Below are positions 21,801-30,790 of a stretch of 55,807 bases of DNA, piece by piece. Position 1 is the stretch's first letter; the number at the start of each line of letters is the position of its first letter. The notes beneath the pieces are model-generated. The model saw nothing but the letters and a program-made list of their open reading frames with translations, made no database searches and had not been told where the DNA came from. The DNA is from a virus (lineage: Duplodnaviria; Caudoviricetes). Made by a program: the position numbers and the translations under genes. Location of the stretch: the IMG/VR virus record IMGVR_UViG_3300017963_000313, positions 1-55,807 of that record; one strand, written 5' to 3'.

Positions 21801-24597
21801 GATTACCAGCGGCGGCACCAAAACGTCGGAAACCACTTTCTCCACTACCTCCACCAAGCAATCTGTTAATCGAACCACCGATACGGCTACCACCACCAAG
21901 CAATCCTCTAGCCCCACCACCTAGGCGACCTAAACCTCTACGTAATAGACCTTGGCGAGCAGGTAGTCCAATACCAGACGCCTGAATAATACCACTTCGT
22001 CTACCCAATGGGCTTGCAGCAAATCTTCTGTCAAATTCTGCCCCAAAACCAACCGACCTATTTACCGGACCAATAAGCGGAGCGGCAGCACCCTGTTGAC
22101 GAGCCAAAGCAACAATTCTTTGTGCGCTTGCAGCAGTTCCTCTAGAGGGTAGTTGTGGACCAATTTGTGGACCACGAGCATTGACTCTAGCTGTATTAGC
22201 AAGTTTAATTCTTCTATTCTGGTCTTCTCGACGGGCAAGATTTCTATCGGCAGCATCTTGTATTCTTTGAGTACGTTCCTCTTGTCTTTGTCTAAGAGCC
22301 CCTGCCCTTTGATTATTTTGAGCACGTACCTTAGCCGATAGTACTTGTGCAGCACCAGCCTGAGCTTCAGAAGTAGGAATAAACTTTGGTACTTGAGCAC
22401 TAGCAATAAGAGCGGGGGGAGCAATACGTCCAAGATTACTAGTAGGAGCATTGGCGGGTACAAATTGACCACCAGGAATTTGCTTAATAGGCGTAGCAGT
22501 ACCCGTAGGAATTTTTGCAAACTCTCTTTGTCGTGCTCTAGCGGCTTGCTCTTGTCGTTTAGCTGTTGTGCGTTCAATCTTTGCTAAACGCTTAGCATTC
22601 TTACTTCTGGTAAATTGCTGTTTTTCTGCTTGGCGAATATCTTCTTGGGTAGGACCAAGCTCAAAATCTCTAATTGCATCGCTTCTAGTACGCCGACCCT
22701 TTTCCGAGGGCACAGGTTGAGATTCAGCCTGCTTAACAACCTTATCAAGAGCCTTGTCTAAATTAGCAATTTGAGTTTTAGTAGACTTGGTAGCCCGACC
22801 AGAACCAAGCGGTCCTTTAAGTAGGTCATCAACAAATCCACCAGTATTAAAACCAATTTGACCTTGACGCCCATTTTTCTTGAGCATATTTAGGCGACGT
22901 AGGCTAGGCACGCCAATGGCGTCTACAGCGTCACGCTGAATAACAAATTCGCCCTTAGTAAGTTTGGCATTAACCGTATCTCTATTAGGACCACGACCGG
23001 GAACTAAACCACCAGTGTTAAACCCTGTTGTCTTACCTTGACCAAGACCCCTAAAGAAACTTCTAGACAAGCCAAAAGCACCCTTAGCACCTCTGGCTAA
23101 AAGAACAGTACCTAGTAGTGGAATAACTTCTTTTAATGAACGGGCTAGGTCAATGAGAGCATTGGCAACACCAAGAATAGTTTTGGCGGCGGCTTTGAAT
23201 GCCGTACTATTGGTAAGTTCACGAATAAGCTGCTGCCAGTTTTGCCGTGTTTTTTCTAACTGATTAGCCAAAGACTGTTGTGCTAGCTCAACGTCTCTAG
23301 TAACTTCCTTGCTACCCTCTTGTGCTGTCCTAGTAGCATCAACCGCTCTGGAGAAACCATCAATAAGAGGAATGGTTTTACCAATTTGACGGAAACCACC
23401 AATAAGTTCAGAAATTTCACGACGACGAGCATCCAGAGGACTCAAACCACTTAATGCTTTACTAAGAACCTGAACAGCTTTAAATGCTCCAATGAAGTTT
23501 CCTTCAGTATCTTCTAGCTCAATACCTAATTCTCGTAATCGCTCAATAGTGCTACCACGTTGTACACGAGTAAAAATTGTTCTCAAACCAGTTGCGATAG
23601 ATTCAGCACTTTCACGTGTTGTAGCACGAATAGAAGTAAACGTACCAATTAACTGATTAAGAGCTTCTCGTGGCTCTACAAGGCCTTTACTAGCAGACGC
23701 AAAAACAGCACCAGTACGTCGTATGGCTTGAATAATATCATCAGACTCAACAGCAAATTTAGCCGACACGGCATTGATAGAACCAAGTACAGATTCAAAC
23801 TGACCAGCCTGAATTTGAAAAGTCTGCATTGTAGCGATAAGACCTTCAGTAGCCTTGTTCATATCATTGAATGTTGGCAACAAAGAAGCCTTAGCAACAG
23901 CCTTCAAAGCTTTTTCAACTTCATTAATGCTAATACCAGTTTGTGCAAAGGTCTTAGCTATCTTGATTAGCTCGGCACTATCTACACCCAGCGCAACCGA
24001 TAGGTCTCCGACCGCATCCGTTAACCCCTGAATACTTTTAGTAGTACCACGTGTAATCTGAGCGATTTTAATTGCTTCACGCTCAAATTCAACAGAAGCC
24101 TTAACCGCACTACCAATAGCACGTACAAAACCAAAGACAACACCAGTACCAATAGAAAAGGCAGCAAATCGGCGTACAGCACGACCAGTAATTCTACCAA
24201 ACTCTTCTATTTCGGTAGCAGCTTCTTTAGCTGCCTTCTTAGTCTGTTTGAGAGATGCATTAGTGGCTTTAACAGAAGTGTTTGCCTTAGTCACATTGCT
24301 AGATACTTTATTCAAAGAATTGGTAGCAGAAGATACACTTCTGGCTGAATTACCAATTTGACGTATAGACGCAGCTACAGACTTAGCCTTCGGGTCTATT
24401 TGAGATAGGGTCTTAGATAGGTTTTGTAACTCTGCATTGGCCTTAGTTATCTGTTGTACGCTTTTATTGTCAAGCCGTAGGTTCAGACTAGCCTTAATGC
24501 TACCCAACTGTTGCTGTATTTGACGTACAGCGGGGGAAAGACCAATAACTTTTTTGCCAAGTGTTACATTGGCTGTTATATTAAATGCGCCTGCCAT
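18817..24597 (-). CDS. tail tape measure protein
   Basis: 1926 aa and Ala/Gln/Arg-rich helical, with a TMP core (ESAESIATGLRTIFTR), glycine-zipper hydrophobic segments and GEFV modules. Confidence 0.9.
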   Translation of the reverse strand: MAGAFNITANVTLGKKVIGLSPAVRQIQQQLGSIKASLNLRLDNKSVQQITKANAELQNLSKTLSQIDPKAKSVAASIRQIGNSARSVSSATNSLNKVSSNVTKANTSVKATNASLKQTKKAAKEAATEIEEFGRITGRAVRRFAAFSIGTGVVFGFVRAIGSAVKASVEFEREAIKIAQITRGTTKSIQGLTDAVGDLSVALGVDSAELIKIAKTFAQTGISINEVEKALKAVAKASLLPTFNDMNKATEGLIATMQTFQIQAGQFESVLGSINAVSAKFAVESDDIIQAIRRTGAVFASASKGLVEPREALNQLIGTFTSIRATTRESAESIATGLRTIFTRVQRGSTIERLRELGIELEDTEGNFIGAFKAVQVLSKALSGLSPLDARRREISELIGGFRQIGKTIPLIDGFSRAVDATRTAQEGSKEVTRDVELAQQSLANQLEKTRQNWQQLIRELTNSTAFKAAAKTILGVANALIDLARSLKEVIPLLGTVLLARGAKGAFGLSRSFFRGLGQGKTTGFNTGGLVPGRGPNRDTVNAKLTKGEFVIQRDAVDAIGVPSLRRLNMLKKNGRQGQIGFNTGGFVDDLLKGPLGSGRATKSTKTQIANLDKALDKVVKQAESQPVPSEKGRRTRSDAIRDFELGPTQEDIRQAEKQQFTRSKNAKRLAKIERTTAKRQEQAARARQREFAKIPTGTATPIKQIPGGQFVPANAPTSNLGRIAPPALIASAQVPKFIPTSEAQAGAAQVLSAKVRAQNNQRAGALRQRQEERTQRIQDAADRNLARREDQNRRIKLANTARVNARGPQIGPQLPSRGTAASAQRIVALARQQGAAAPLIGPVNRSVGFGAEFDRRFAASPLGRRSGIIQASGIGLPARQGLLRRGLGRLGGGARGLLGGGSRIGGSINRLLGGGSGESGFRRFGAAAGNLSIPLLLAGGFISGNSSSPLGKAAGSALSGAGVGATLGSVFGPIGTGVGALAGGLIGGIDSFFNAQTAEAVEREQQALADSSKELSEAFSGLDKSTESVERFTKALNVQVSNIAASGFAQGQGNAIGRGGGVLRGLLTGETGRGELGAQGGILSAVADVGIGLATGDTNAARLGRLALGPLGLLLEGVNQVGNVFGSDEALKESSLRQEAELFRSRGQETSALAQQATPIVEKFIRDEIAKGRSAADILSGDSGEDLRLQFALRDVDTAAAFERRKAASRATIADNTAAQIRFRELSGPVSEDDKLAIAAEEERKVLRAISKEFIDSSKAAQEYAEEQEKIRIESEKSALVAFEFATKIKALKREFETFGAGINRLSEEVNSGLQGALNRSSAGGLNLVTGARSSQRNVFRNIDAFTDAEVAGATGVLRTSGGASGNNLAQVIETQRLIQNLLPSLEQRASAALSDRDDTTDAESIITASLSSLFAGVGIDFGSEIGKQLEEELENSIGGLDFIRSGGLQDIINSVFADTGALQTAADLQDLLNQKLQLSAQAIEKESQLRQQVNQQLDRAAGVRATGRLRIAEIREQLGGRAVSIQERLNPLNTQLNRLGQRAGLDAVDRRDPRAITARAVGLQRQIQDFGPATTAGQQEELRALREQFQSAQQALELIASNTDEIAAIEKDIQRREAQKQQAQGLLGAVAGAGPEEKFRLRQQIDLARRAGRGERVRADQVADAEAGFDLLEQASLNEKERRRVQQGRAEFLRRQGEGFLAQEFGDRRAGEIGRRAVGPGGARREAREALENAVEKQAEATEGLAEIVAQQIPSAIDAFTAAINKLTTQLEKGLPRNSGGIIPGGGPNRDSVLAHLTPGEFVVNRNATQRNLGLLHAINNNVPAFNNGGSVGASGPALMDMQSMVDLANALNNINIPSSITMKGAHTVEVNVNGIGGLESGLRQFIMSEVDKAIGKHVKINPVTGETDEPVGGVISSGGMVG

Positions 24598-24607
24598 ATC
24601 TACCTAT

Positions 24608-24669
24608 AAAAAAAGTGGTCATATCATCATAGCAACTAACTTATATTAGCACTATCCGATATAACCACT
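24608..24669 (-). terminator. long imperfect hairpin plus U-run immediately upstream of the tape measure gene
   Basis: Minus strand AGTGGTTATATC...GATATGACCACT followed by a T-run. Confidence 0.6.
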
Positions 24670-24676
24670 GTCCACT

Positions 24677-25564
24677 TTATTCTGTCTCGGTTTCTACCGT
24701 TTCTTCAGATTCCTCTGATTCTTCGGTCTCATCATCTGTCTCGGCTTCTGGCTCTGACAAGATAATGGGGGAACCATCGTCGTCTAAGAATGGTTTCTTT
24801 TCAACTACGTAGTTACCATCTTCGTCTATACGATTACCGTCAATATCAATAAGTTCTCCATCCTCATTGACATAGCGGTTGTCTTCGTTAATAAGACGAT
24901 TTTCGGAATCTACTAAATGTCCACTTTTATTAAGTAGCCTCAAATCATCGTCACACAGCCCATAAGTCTTCATAAACTTATATTCGGGCAACTTCTTACG
25001 ATAATCATCGTCTACATCATATGCCAATTGAGCATACTTTTTAGCAGACTCGATAGCCAATTCAGTACTATCTTGAGTTAAAAAGTCTTCCAAACTCTTA
25101 AAAACGGGTTCTTCTGTACTATCATACACCGTACAGACAGCAGTACCGTAATTAAACTTCATCTGTTCTGCCTGACCTTCTGCGGTGTGAGTATCATGTT
25201 CTGTACTCTCGGAAATGAGATTAGCAATTTCATTACGTAGATTTATCATTTTGATAGCAATAGCTCTACCCTCATCCCACAAAGAAATACCACCCTCATC
25301 TAGCTTTTTCTCACAAGCAAGTACTTCCTTTTGGAGACGAGTCATTTCTGCCTCTTTTTCATCACTCCACAAGCCCTGTTCTTTCAAAAAGTCCTGTAGT
25401 TTTTGCCGTAGCAAGGCACCAGAATCCAAAGCGTCTTTCCACGTGCGATTATAGACCTTTTGGGCTTCACCCTGCTCTTTAAGTGTCATCTTACGAATAC
25501 GCAACTTATACGTCTTTTCGTCTTCTTTTCCTTTGTTGGTTACAACTTCAAATGCTCGGTTCAT
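24677..25564 (-). CDS. putative tail assembly chaperone
   Basis: Helical and acidic, located between tail tube and tape measure; C-terminal DxDG repeats. Confidence 0.55.
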   Translation of the reverse strand: MNRAFEVVTNKGKEDEKTYKLRIRKMTLKEQGEAQKVYNRTWKDALDSGALLRQKLQDFLKEQGLWSDEKEAEMTRLQKEVLACEKKLDEGGISLWDEGRAIAIKMINLRNEIANLISESTEHDTHTAEGQAEQMKFNYGTAVCTVYDSTEEPVFKSLEDFLTQDSTELAIESAKKYAQLAYDVDDDYRKKLPEYKFMKTYGLCDDDLRLLNKSGHLVDSENRLINEDNRYVNEDGELIDIDGNRIDEDGNYVVEKKPFLDDDGSPIILSEPEAETDDETEESEESEETVETETE

Positions 25565-25574
25565 TTTTTGGCTC

Positions 25575-25943
25575 CTAGTCCTTTTTAATAATAAGTTCGG
25601 TTTGATATTTTTGCCATGTCATATCATATTGTGTAATTTCATCAATAGCAGCACGTAACTGATTATTTCCCTTATTTAAAATCTCTGTACGTAAAGGCTG
25701 CCACACATTCTCTTCAAAATCTAGTTGGTCTTGTGTCCTTTCCTCTTCAGGTAGGTCTAATCCCCACAGGAAACCCAAAGCCTCTTCAATAGACGATAAA
25801 GACCCAATCATGGCCGTTTTCATCTTCTTAGTAATGGCATCTATTAGTTGTCTTTTAGAATGCTCTTTAGAACGCTCTGTAGACACCCGTCTTGCGGCAT
25901 CATGGAGACTTTTCATCCTGTGATGGTCGTATTTATCATGCAT
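25575..25943 (-). CDS. hypothetical protein (tail assembly region)
   Basis: TAATG-coupled to the upstream gene. Confidence 0.6.
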   Translation of the reverse strand: MHDKYDHHRMKSLHDAARRVSTERSKEHSKRQLIDAITKKMKTAMIGSLSSIEEALGFLWGLDLPEEERTQDQLDFEENVWQPLRTEILNKGNNQLRAAIDEITQYDMTWQKYQTELIIKKD

Positions 25944-27001
25944 TATTTATTCCCTTTAACAGTATCCTTAAATTTTTGTAAAGCTTCTTGCTGCTGTCTC
26001 ATGCGTTGGTCTGGCAAAGACGTATCCTTAATTGGCCCCTGCGAATTCTTAATAATAGCAGCACGCTGTTTTTTAACCATATTAGCCTCATGGTCATTAA
26101 GGTCTTCAATAGTTTGCCGTTCTTCTTCACTGTTGGCAACTATAAAGATTTCTTGTGCGTTAGAATGTTTATCTGTAATGTTCTTACTATCCTCCACAAA
26201 AGCTTTCATTTGCTCTTTCTCAGAGGCCCTTCTTTCGTGTATAAGCCACCCGTCAAAAGCATCATCGTGATTTAGAATATCGTCAGGCGGTACATTAGGA
26301 TTCTTAGCAGCATTTTCATACATACGAGTATACAATGCTAAATTCCTCTGCTCATCTGTCAATATCTTTGTTTGAAATAACTCATTGCCCTTAATCGCCC
26401 ACATACCCCGCCAAGGTTCTGTTCTGGCAATTTCCCGGTATTGGGAAGGCTCAATTTGATTAGACATAAGAAAGTGATATATAGCATGTAACAGGTCTAT
26501 ATCGCACTTTTCTATACAAGGCCAAATAGGGGTAAACGTCTTATCGCAAATAGTATGTATATATATGTGTTCTTGTCTACATCTCTCAGCATAAGCTTCA
26601 ATACCTAGGTGGTCTAATGAGTGTTTACGCTTGAGCATTTCCATATGCCTATCAGAGGTAGCTTTTAACCTCTTTTCTAACTTGTCTAGCGCATCTTTGT
26701 TAAGAAAGTTTTTGAACATATCCACCTTGATATCTTCCATCACCTTCTCAATCTCTTTTAGATTATTCTCGCTATCATATTGCCAAACCCCGGAAATATG
26801 TAGGGAGCGGGCAATGTCAGATGCGGATAAAAAGTCGTCGTATCTATTATTATATATAGTGTCTGCGTAGATTTCTTCCGCTTCATATGATATGTCGGAA
26901 GTGGGGGGAATTACGTAATAGACCGCACTTTTCACTGAACACCGTATATGTCCAGATAATATCCTGTGAATAATCCTATTCTTTTGTCTTAGTGTCAACA
27001 T
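25943..27001 (-). CDS. putative tail assembly chaperone-like protein
   Basis: Position; C-terminal PPDDILNHDDAFDGWL followed by a coiled coil. Confidence 0.5.
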   Translation of the reverse strand: MLTLRQKNRIIHRILSGHIRCSVKSAVYYVIPPTSDISYEAEEIYADTIYNNRYDDFLSASDIARSLHISGVWQYDSENNLKEIEKVMEDIKVDMFKNFLNKDALDKLEKRLKATSDRHMEMLKRKHSLDHLGIEAYAERCRQEHIYIHTICDKTFTPIWPCIEKCDIDLLHAIYHFLMSNQIEPSQYREIARTEPWRGMWAIKGNELFQTKILTDEQRNLALYTRMYENAAKNPNVPPDDILNHDDAFDGWLIHERRASEKEQMKAFVEDSKNITDKHSNAQEIFIVANSEEERQTIEDLNDHEANMVKKQRAAIIKNSQGPIKDTSLPDQRMRQQQEALQKFKDTVKGNK

Positions 27002-27137
27002 TATGAAAATTAGCTAGTTGTTTTTCATATTCCGATATCTGTGTCTTTAATGCCTGAATAATCGCCCCGGCATTTTCTAATTTTACGTGCAAACGTCCTA
27101 TAGTAGAGTATAGGTTTTCTGTCTGCAAATTTTCCAT
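26976..27137 (-). CDS. 53-aa coiled-coil protein
   Basis: AAGGAG upstream of ATG 27137 (MENLQ...). Confidence 0.6.
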   Translation of the reverse strand: MENLQTENLYSTIGRLHVKLENAGAIIQALKTQISEYEKQLANFHNVDTKTKE

Positions 27138-27160
27138 CCTTTTCTCCTTGTATAGTAAAT

Positions 27161-27298
27161 AAAAAAGGCCAGAAGGCACTCGACTCGCCTGCCAAGGAAA
27201 GCCTATCGCATCACTTCTGACCCATTAGGAAAAATCAGGTTGTATCCACTTATTTCCTACCGAATTGTCTCCAATGGGCCAGCCCATCACTGTTCCAA
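27161..27298 (-). ncRNA. candidate structured RNA element (two long hairpins plus U-run, GGA-rich)
   Basis: Hand-folded stems at 27221-27278 and 27167-27222, with G-U pairs favouring the minus strand. Confidence 0.4.
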
Positions 27299-27300
27299 AT

Positions 27301-27330
27301 AAAGATAGGGGGCACAAAGGCCCCCATATC
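27301..27330 (-). terminator. hairpin/terminator after the tail tube gene
   Basis: GATATGGGGGC-CTTTGT-GCCCCCTATC-TTTATTT. Confidence 0.7.
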
Positions 27331-27335
27331 CTCAT

Positions 27336-28529
27336 TTATGTCATTTGGTTATACCTGTCTGCCCAAAATTCATTGGCAGAAGGGGTACCACTAGCGATAT
27401 TCGGGTCTCCACTATGAAGAACCGTAAAATCATTAAAGGTAGAATATGAATATGTAACACTCACATTACCACCACCAGCGTCACCACCACCATAATTCAC
27501 AGAAGCAAGTTTATTCTTAGTACCAAGGTAAATACGAGTACCTTCACAAGTAGCAATACGAATAGTGCGGTCTTGAAGATTACCACCATCCGAACAAGCT
27601 GCGGTGCCCGTAGTATAAATACCATTTTCTGTTGCGGCAACCATATCACCAGAAGTAGAAGTTACTTCGATTTCACAGGTTACTTCAACAGGGAACGTAA
27701 CATTACGAGTATAAGGACTTCTACGACCCAATTCATTAATCTCTTCACGACTAAAGTCGGTCGAAACAGTGATATTGGATACGTGGGCGTCATACTCACC
27801 AGCGTTACTTTCCTCATTAGTACCACTAGTTGAAATACCAAATACGTCTTGCGGGAGAATAGTCGCATCAGCATCAATAACAGAGCCGTTTACATCAGTG
27901 GTTAGACCAGTTGGTGTAAACTGCAAGTCCTGACGACGGTTAACACCACCAAGACCAATGGGCGAATCAGCACTAGCAGCACTGAAACCACCTTGGAAGG
28001 CAGGTGTTGGAAGATTGGGGTCGAGCAATCCATTAGGGTCAGGCATAGCAGCCCAAACCTTATCGTTGCCCACCAACGTAACATCTTCAGTAAAGTTACC
28101 ATCTACAGGGAATGTATAGGATACTGAATTAACAAACAAACCAGACATACCTACAACAGAACCGGGAGTGCCTTCAGCGGCATCAGAGGTGTCTGAAAAG
28201 ATAGATAGATTCACAAAACACTTGTCGGTAGAACGACCGGCAAGAGTTGGTATAACAGCATCTTCGGTTGCCATATGATAAATGAGAGGATAGCCATCGA
28301 GTACTTTAGACAGGGTTACTTCGATGTCTGGAATTTCTTCAATATTCTCATAAATCGACAACTGACCAAGTTCAAACACTTGCTCAAGATTAAAGTTAGT
28401 AGCAATACCGGCAGACTGTAGACCATGCACAACGCGAGCGGCTGGCATAGTATATGTCGCAGCGCTATCGCCCTGAATGCCTACTTGATGTGTAGCATAG
28501 TAAATTCTTTTATTATCACTACCTGCCAT
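27336..28529 (-). CDS. major tail tube protein
   Basis: Position between neck genes and chaperones/TMP, own promoter motif and terminator, duplicated ELG motif. Confidence 0.7.
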   Translation of the reverse strand: MAGSDNKRIYYATHQVGIQGDSAATYTMPAARVVHGLQSAGIATNFNLEQVFELGQLSIYENIEEIPDIEVTLSKVLDGYPLIYHMATEDAVIPTLAGRSTDKCFVNLSIFSDTSDAAEGTPGSVVGMSGLFVNSVSYTFPVDGNFTEDVTLVGNDKVWAAMPDPNGLLDPNLPTPAFQGGFSAASADSPIGLGGVNRRQDLQFTPTGLTTDVNGSVIDADATILPQDVFGISTSGTNEESNAGEYDAHVSNITVSTDFSREEINELGRRSPYTRNVTFPVEVTCEIEVTSTSGDMVAATENGIYTTGTAACSDGGNLQDRTIRIATCEGTRIYLGTKNKLASVNYGGGDAGGGNVSVTYSYSTFNDFTVLHSGDPNIASGTPSANEFWADRYNQMT

Positions 28530-28566
28530 AGTTTATGTCTCCTTTAGAGATAAAGTGTATCTTAGA

Positions 28567-28577
28567 TATTATACACC
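28567..28577 (-). promoter_or_regulatory. putative late promoter GGTGTATAATA
   Basis: Intergenic motif that recurs upstream of several structural genes. Confidence 0.6.
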
Positions 28578-28584
28578 TGGGGTA

Positions 28585-29565
28585 TTAAATATCACCCAAA
28601 ACCACCTCCATGGTGGTCCTGACTACTCCCTGGTGTAATTCGGGGTTAATTGACTCAACTTCTGATATAATAGCATCTTTCATATGGCAAGTTTTCCACC
28701 TATAACCCCCAACTGCCGAAGTTTCCACTAATGTAGGATACATTTTGGGGTTTGCCACACGGTCTCCATCAATATCTAGGGGATAGTCGCCGCTGGCTAT
28801 GAGGGCATTCACATCAAATAAATATATACCTTTATCACTCTGGGCTCTAATGGTATCCACAATATCATTACGGGTAAACCTATCTTGTGCCACAACATGG
28901 AATAGTACATCTTGTTCAATAACTAGAGAACCATTACCTAATTCATATCCACTAGACCTACCGCGAGGAACAGCCTCTAAAACAATAGCAGGTAACTGAA
29001 CACGATGCTGAGCACCCTGTGACCAATCACCACTACTGGTAAGGGCAAAATGAGAATCATCGGGCCGAAAACTATTATATTGGAGTTCTCTAAACCATGG
29101 GGCATCATCTGCTCTGTATACCTGAACATCTCTATAGGCGTATTGGGCTTCTACAGTAGCAGTAGTAGATTGAGCGGTATCAAAAATAATGCGTCCTAAC
29201 CCATAATTAACCGTATATTCAGAAGATGCTACGGGGGAACCACCAACCTGGACCGAAACACCGCTAGGATTATATGGGCCATCGCCTGTTGCCCCTAGAT
29301 AGTTAACTCCGGTTTCCCAAACCCAGTCTTTACGCACACCTTCCCAAACGGTACCGGCAGTATAGCTAGGGTCGTCCACTAGTCTTAAATCACTAAAATC
29401 TCCACCATAAGCACCACTAGTGGGCATAACAACATCTGTCCAGGCTCCAATAGCTAAATGGGCCCAATCGTAGTAGGTTTTTAGATTAACCTCTAGCTGG
29501 GACATTAGTTTGCTATCGCCGTAATGCTGTACTAATTTAAATCTTGTATAGTCTGCTCTAGTCAT
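28585..29565 (-). CDS. neck / tail terminator-like protein
   Basis: QLPAIVLE and DVLFHVVA; directly upstream of the tail tube gene. Confidence 0.55.
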   Translation of the reverse strand: MTRADYTRFKLVQHYGDSKLMSQLEVNLKTYYDWAHLAIGAWTDVVMPTSGAYGGDFSDLRLVDDPSYTAGTVWEGVRKDWVWETGVNYLGATGDGPYNPSGVSVQVGGSPVASSEYTVNYGLGRIIFDTAQSTTATVEAQYAYRDVQVYRADDAPWFRELQYNSFRPDDSHFALTSSGDWSQGAQHRVQLPAIVLEAVPRGRSSGYELGNGSLVIEQDVLFHVVAQDRFTRNDIVDTIRAQSDKGIYLFDVNALIASGDYPLDIDGDRVANPKMYPTLVETSAVGGYRWKTCHMKDAIISEVESINPELHQGVVRTTMEVVLGDI

Positions 29566-30254
29566 TACATACTTACCGTTCTACTGAGTTCAGCATTGAT
29601 TATATTTTCCATACCGTCAATTGATTGTAGTACTGCTCTGTTTGCAAAATTATTATCATCTGTACCACGAAATTCCACAGGAACACTCCAACTCCCTTTC
29701 TGTACCATGATTTGACCACCCGCACGACCGCGACCAGGAGCAATATGATAATCTGAAATGATAACTTGGTCTCCACGAAGTAACAACCATTCTAGCCAGG
29801 GGAGGTTTTCTTTCTTCTCCGTCGTGAAGTTGGCAGTCCTACGTCTTAAAACATCTACCCATCCAGCCTTAAATATACCTATCTGTATTCCACCCTGAAT
29901 GCTATCACCAACTATTTTAATAGGTTTCAGAGTAACAAAAAGGCTTTGCACCCACACCTCAATGATGTCATCCATTCTTGCGGGACCATCTACCAAACCA
30001 AAGTGTTCACGTAAACTACCTGGGCCAGTTGCAACTAGAGCGGCATATTCAGGCTGTTCTTTAATGACCCTGCGTAACCACTCTTGTAATTGTTTTTTAA
30101 TTCTAGGAACAGCAGCACGAAAACCCTTATTTAGTTGTTGAGATATTGCATTAGCCAGTTTACGTCCAAGCACATCCCTCTCTGTACCGGCAACCTTAAT
30201 GCCAACATCTATACTAGCAAAATTTCTAAAGTTTGGCAATCCTCGACTGACCAT
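29565..30254 (-). CDS. neck / tail completion protein
   Basis: Basic protein with TAATG coupling on both sides; synteny. Confidence 0.5.
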   Translation of the reverse strand: MVSRGLPNFRNFASIDVGIKVAGTERDVLGRKLANAISQQLNKGFRAAVPRIKKQLQEWLRRVIKEQPEYAALVATGPGSLREHFGLVDGPARMDDIIEVWVQSLFVTLKPIKIVGDSIQGGIQIGIFKAGWVDVLRRRTANFTTEKKENLPWLEWLLLRGDQVIISDYHIAPGRGRAGGQIMVQKGSWSVPVEFRGTDDNNFANRAVLQSIDGMENIINAELSRTVSM

Positions 30255-30790
30255 TATGACATACGCTCCCACATTGTAATTACGTACTGCTCACCTATGC
30301 CACATAGATTGGGCTCGCCATCTCTTTGGAATCTGTGTTTTTCATAGTTAGACACATCGGTATTTAACAACACTGTCTTAGCCCGTTTAATCTTGGCGTA
30401 GGTAGTAATGTCTGAAATAGTTTGGGCAAAACCCCCAGGCGTCTGAGTGGTTCTATCTTGCCCACCAACATTAATCCAACTATCATAATCCCAAATAACC
30501 ATCATGTGAATTTCTTCGGTTTGTTCATCTCCAATACGGCCCGCCCCATTACACATAGGGCAAGTTTGACCATTTGGGAAAGGTATGGGACCACCACTTT
30601 TATACCTATTACCAGACTTGCGACCAATAGGATTATACGTACAATTAGTACACGCATTCCATTTGGTGACACCATAATCTAACAAACAAGGAGCACTACA
30701 CGCCCCCTCTTCTATGAGGGCATCAATCATGTTCTTATATATATTCTTAAATTCTTCGCTGATTATACCAGAAAAAGGATTAGTTGGCAT
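30254..30790 (-). CDS. head closure-like protein with Zn-finger insert
   Basis: CTNC...CPMCNG; synteny. Confidence 0.5.
   Translation of the reverse strand: MPTNPFSGIISEEFKNIYKNMIDALIEEGACSAPCLLDYGVTKWNACTNCTYNPIGRKSGNRYKSGGPIPFPNGQTCPMCNGAGRIGDEQTEEIHMMVIWDYDSWINVGGQDRTTQTPGGFAQTISDITTYAKIKRAKTVLLNTDVSNYEKHRFQRDGEPNLCGIGEQYVITMWERMS

Noticed and set aside
15661-25131. Intragenic GGTGTA copies (e.g. near 15661, 16545, 25125)
   Set aside because: Inside coding regions without a nearby start codon and expected by chance, so not called as promoters.
24677-27001. Programmed frameshift between tail chaperone genes
   Set aside because: Each ORF has its own start and stop with normal coupling, and I found no convincing slippery site at the junctions.
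27161-27298. tRNA, SRP RNA or tmRNA identity for the structured spacer
   Set aside because: No cloverleaf, T-loop, SRP domain IV motif or tag frame was found; kept only as an unassigned element.
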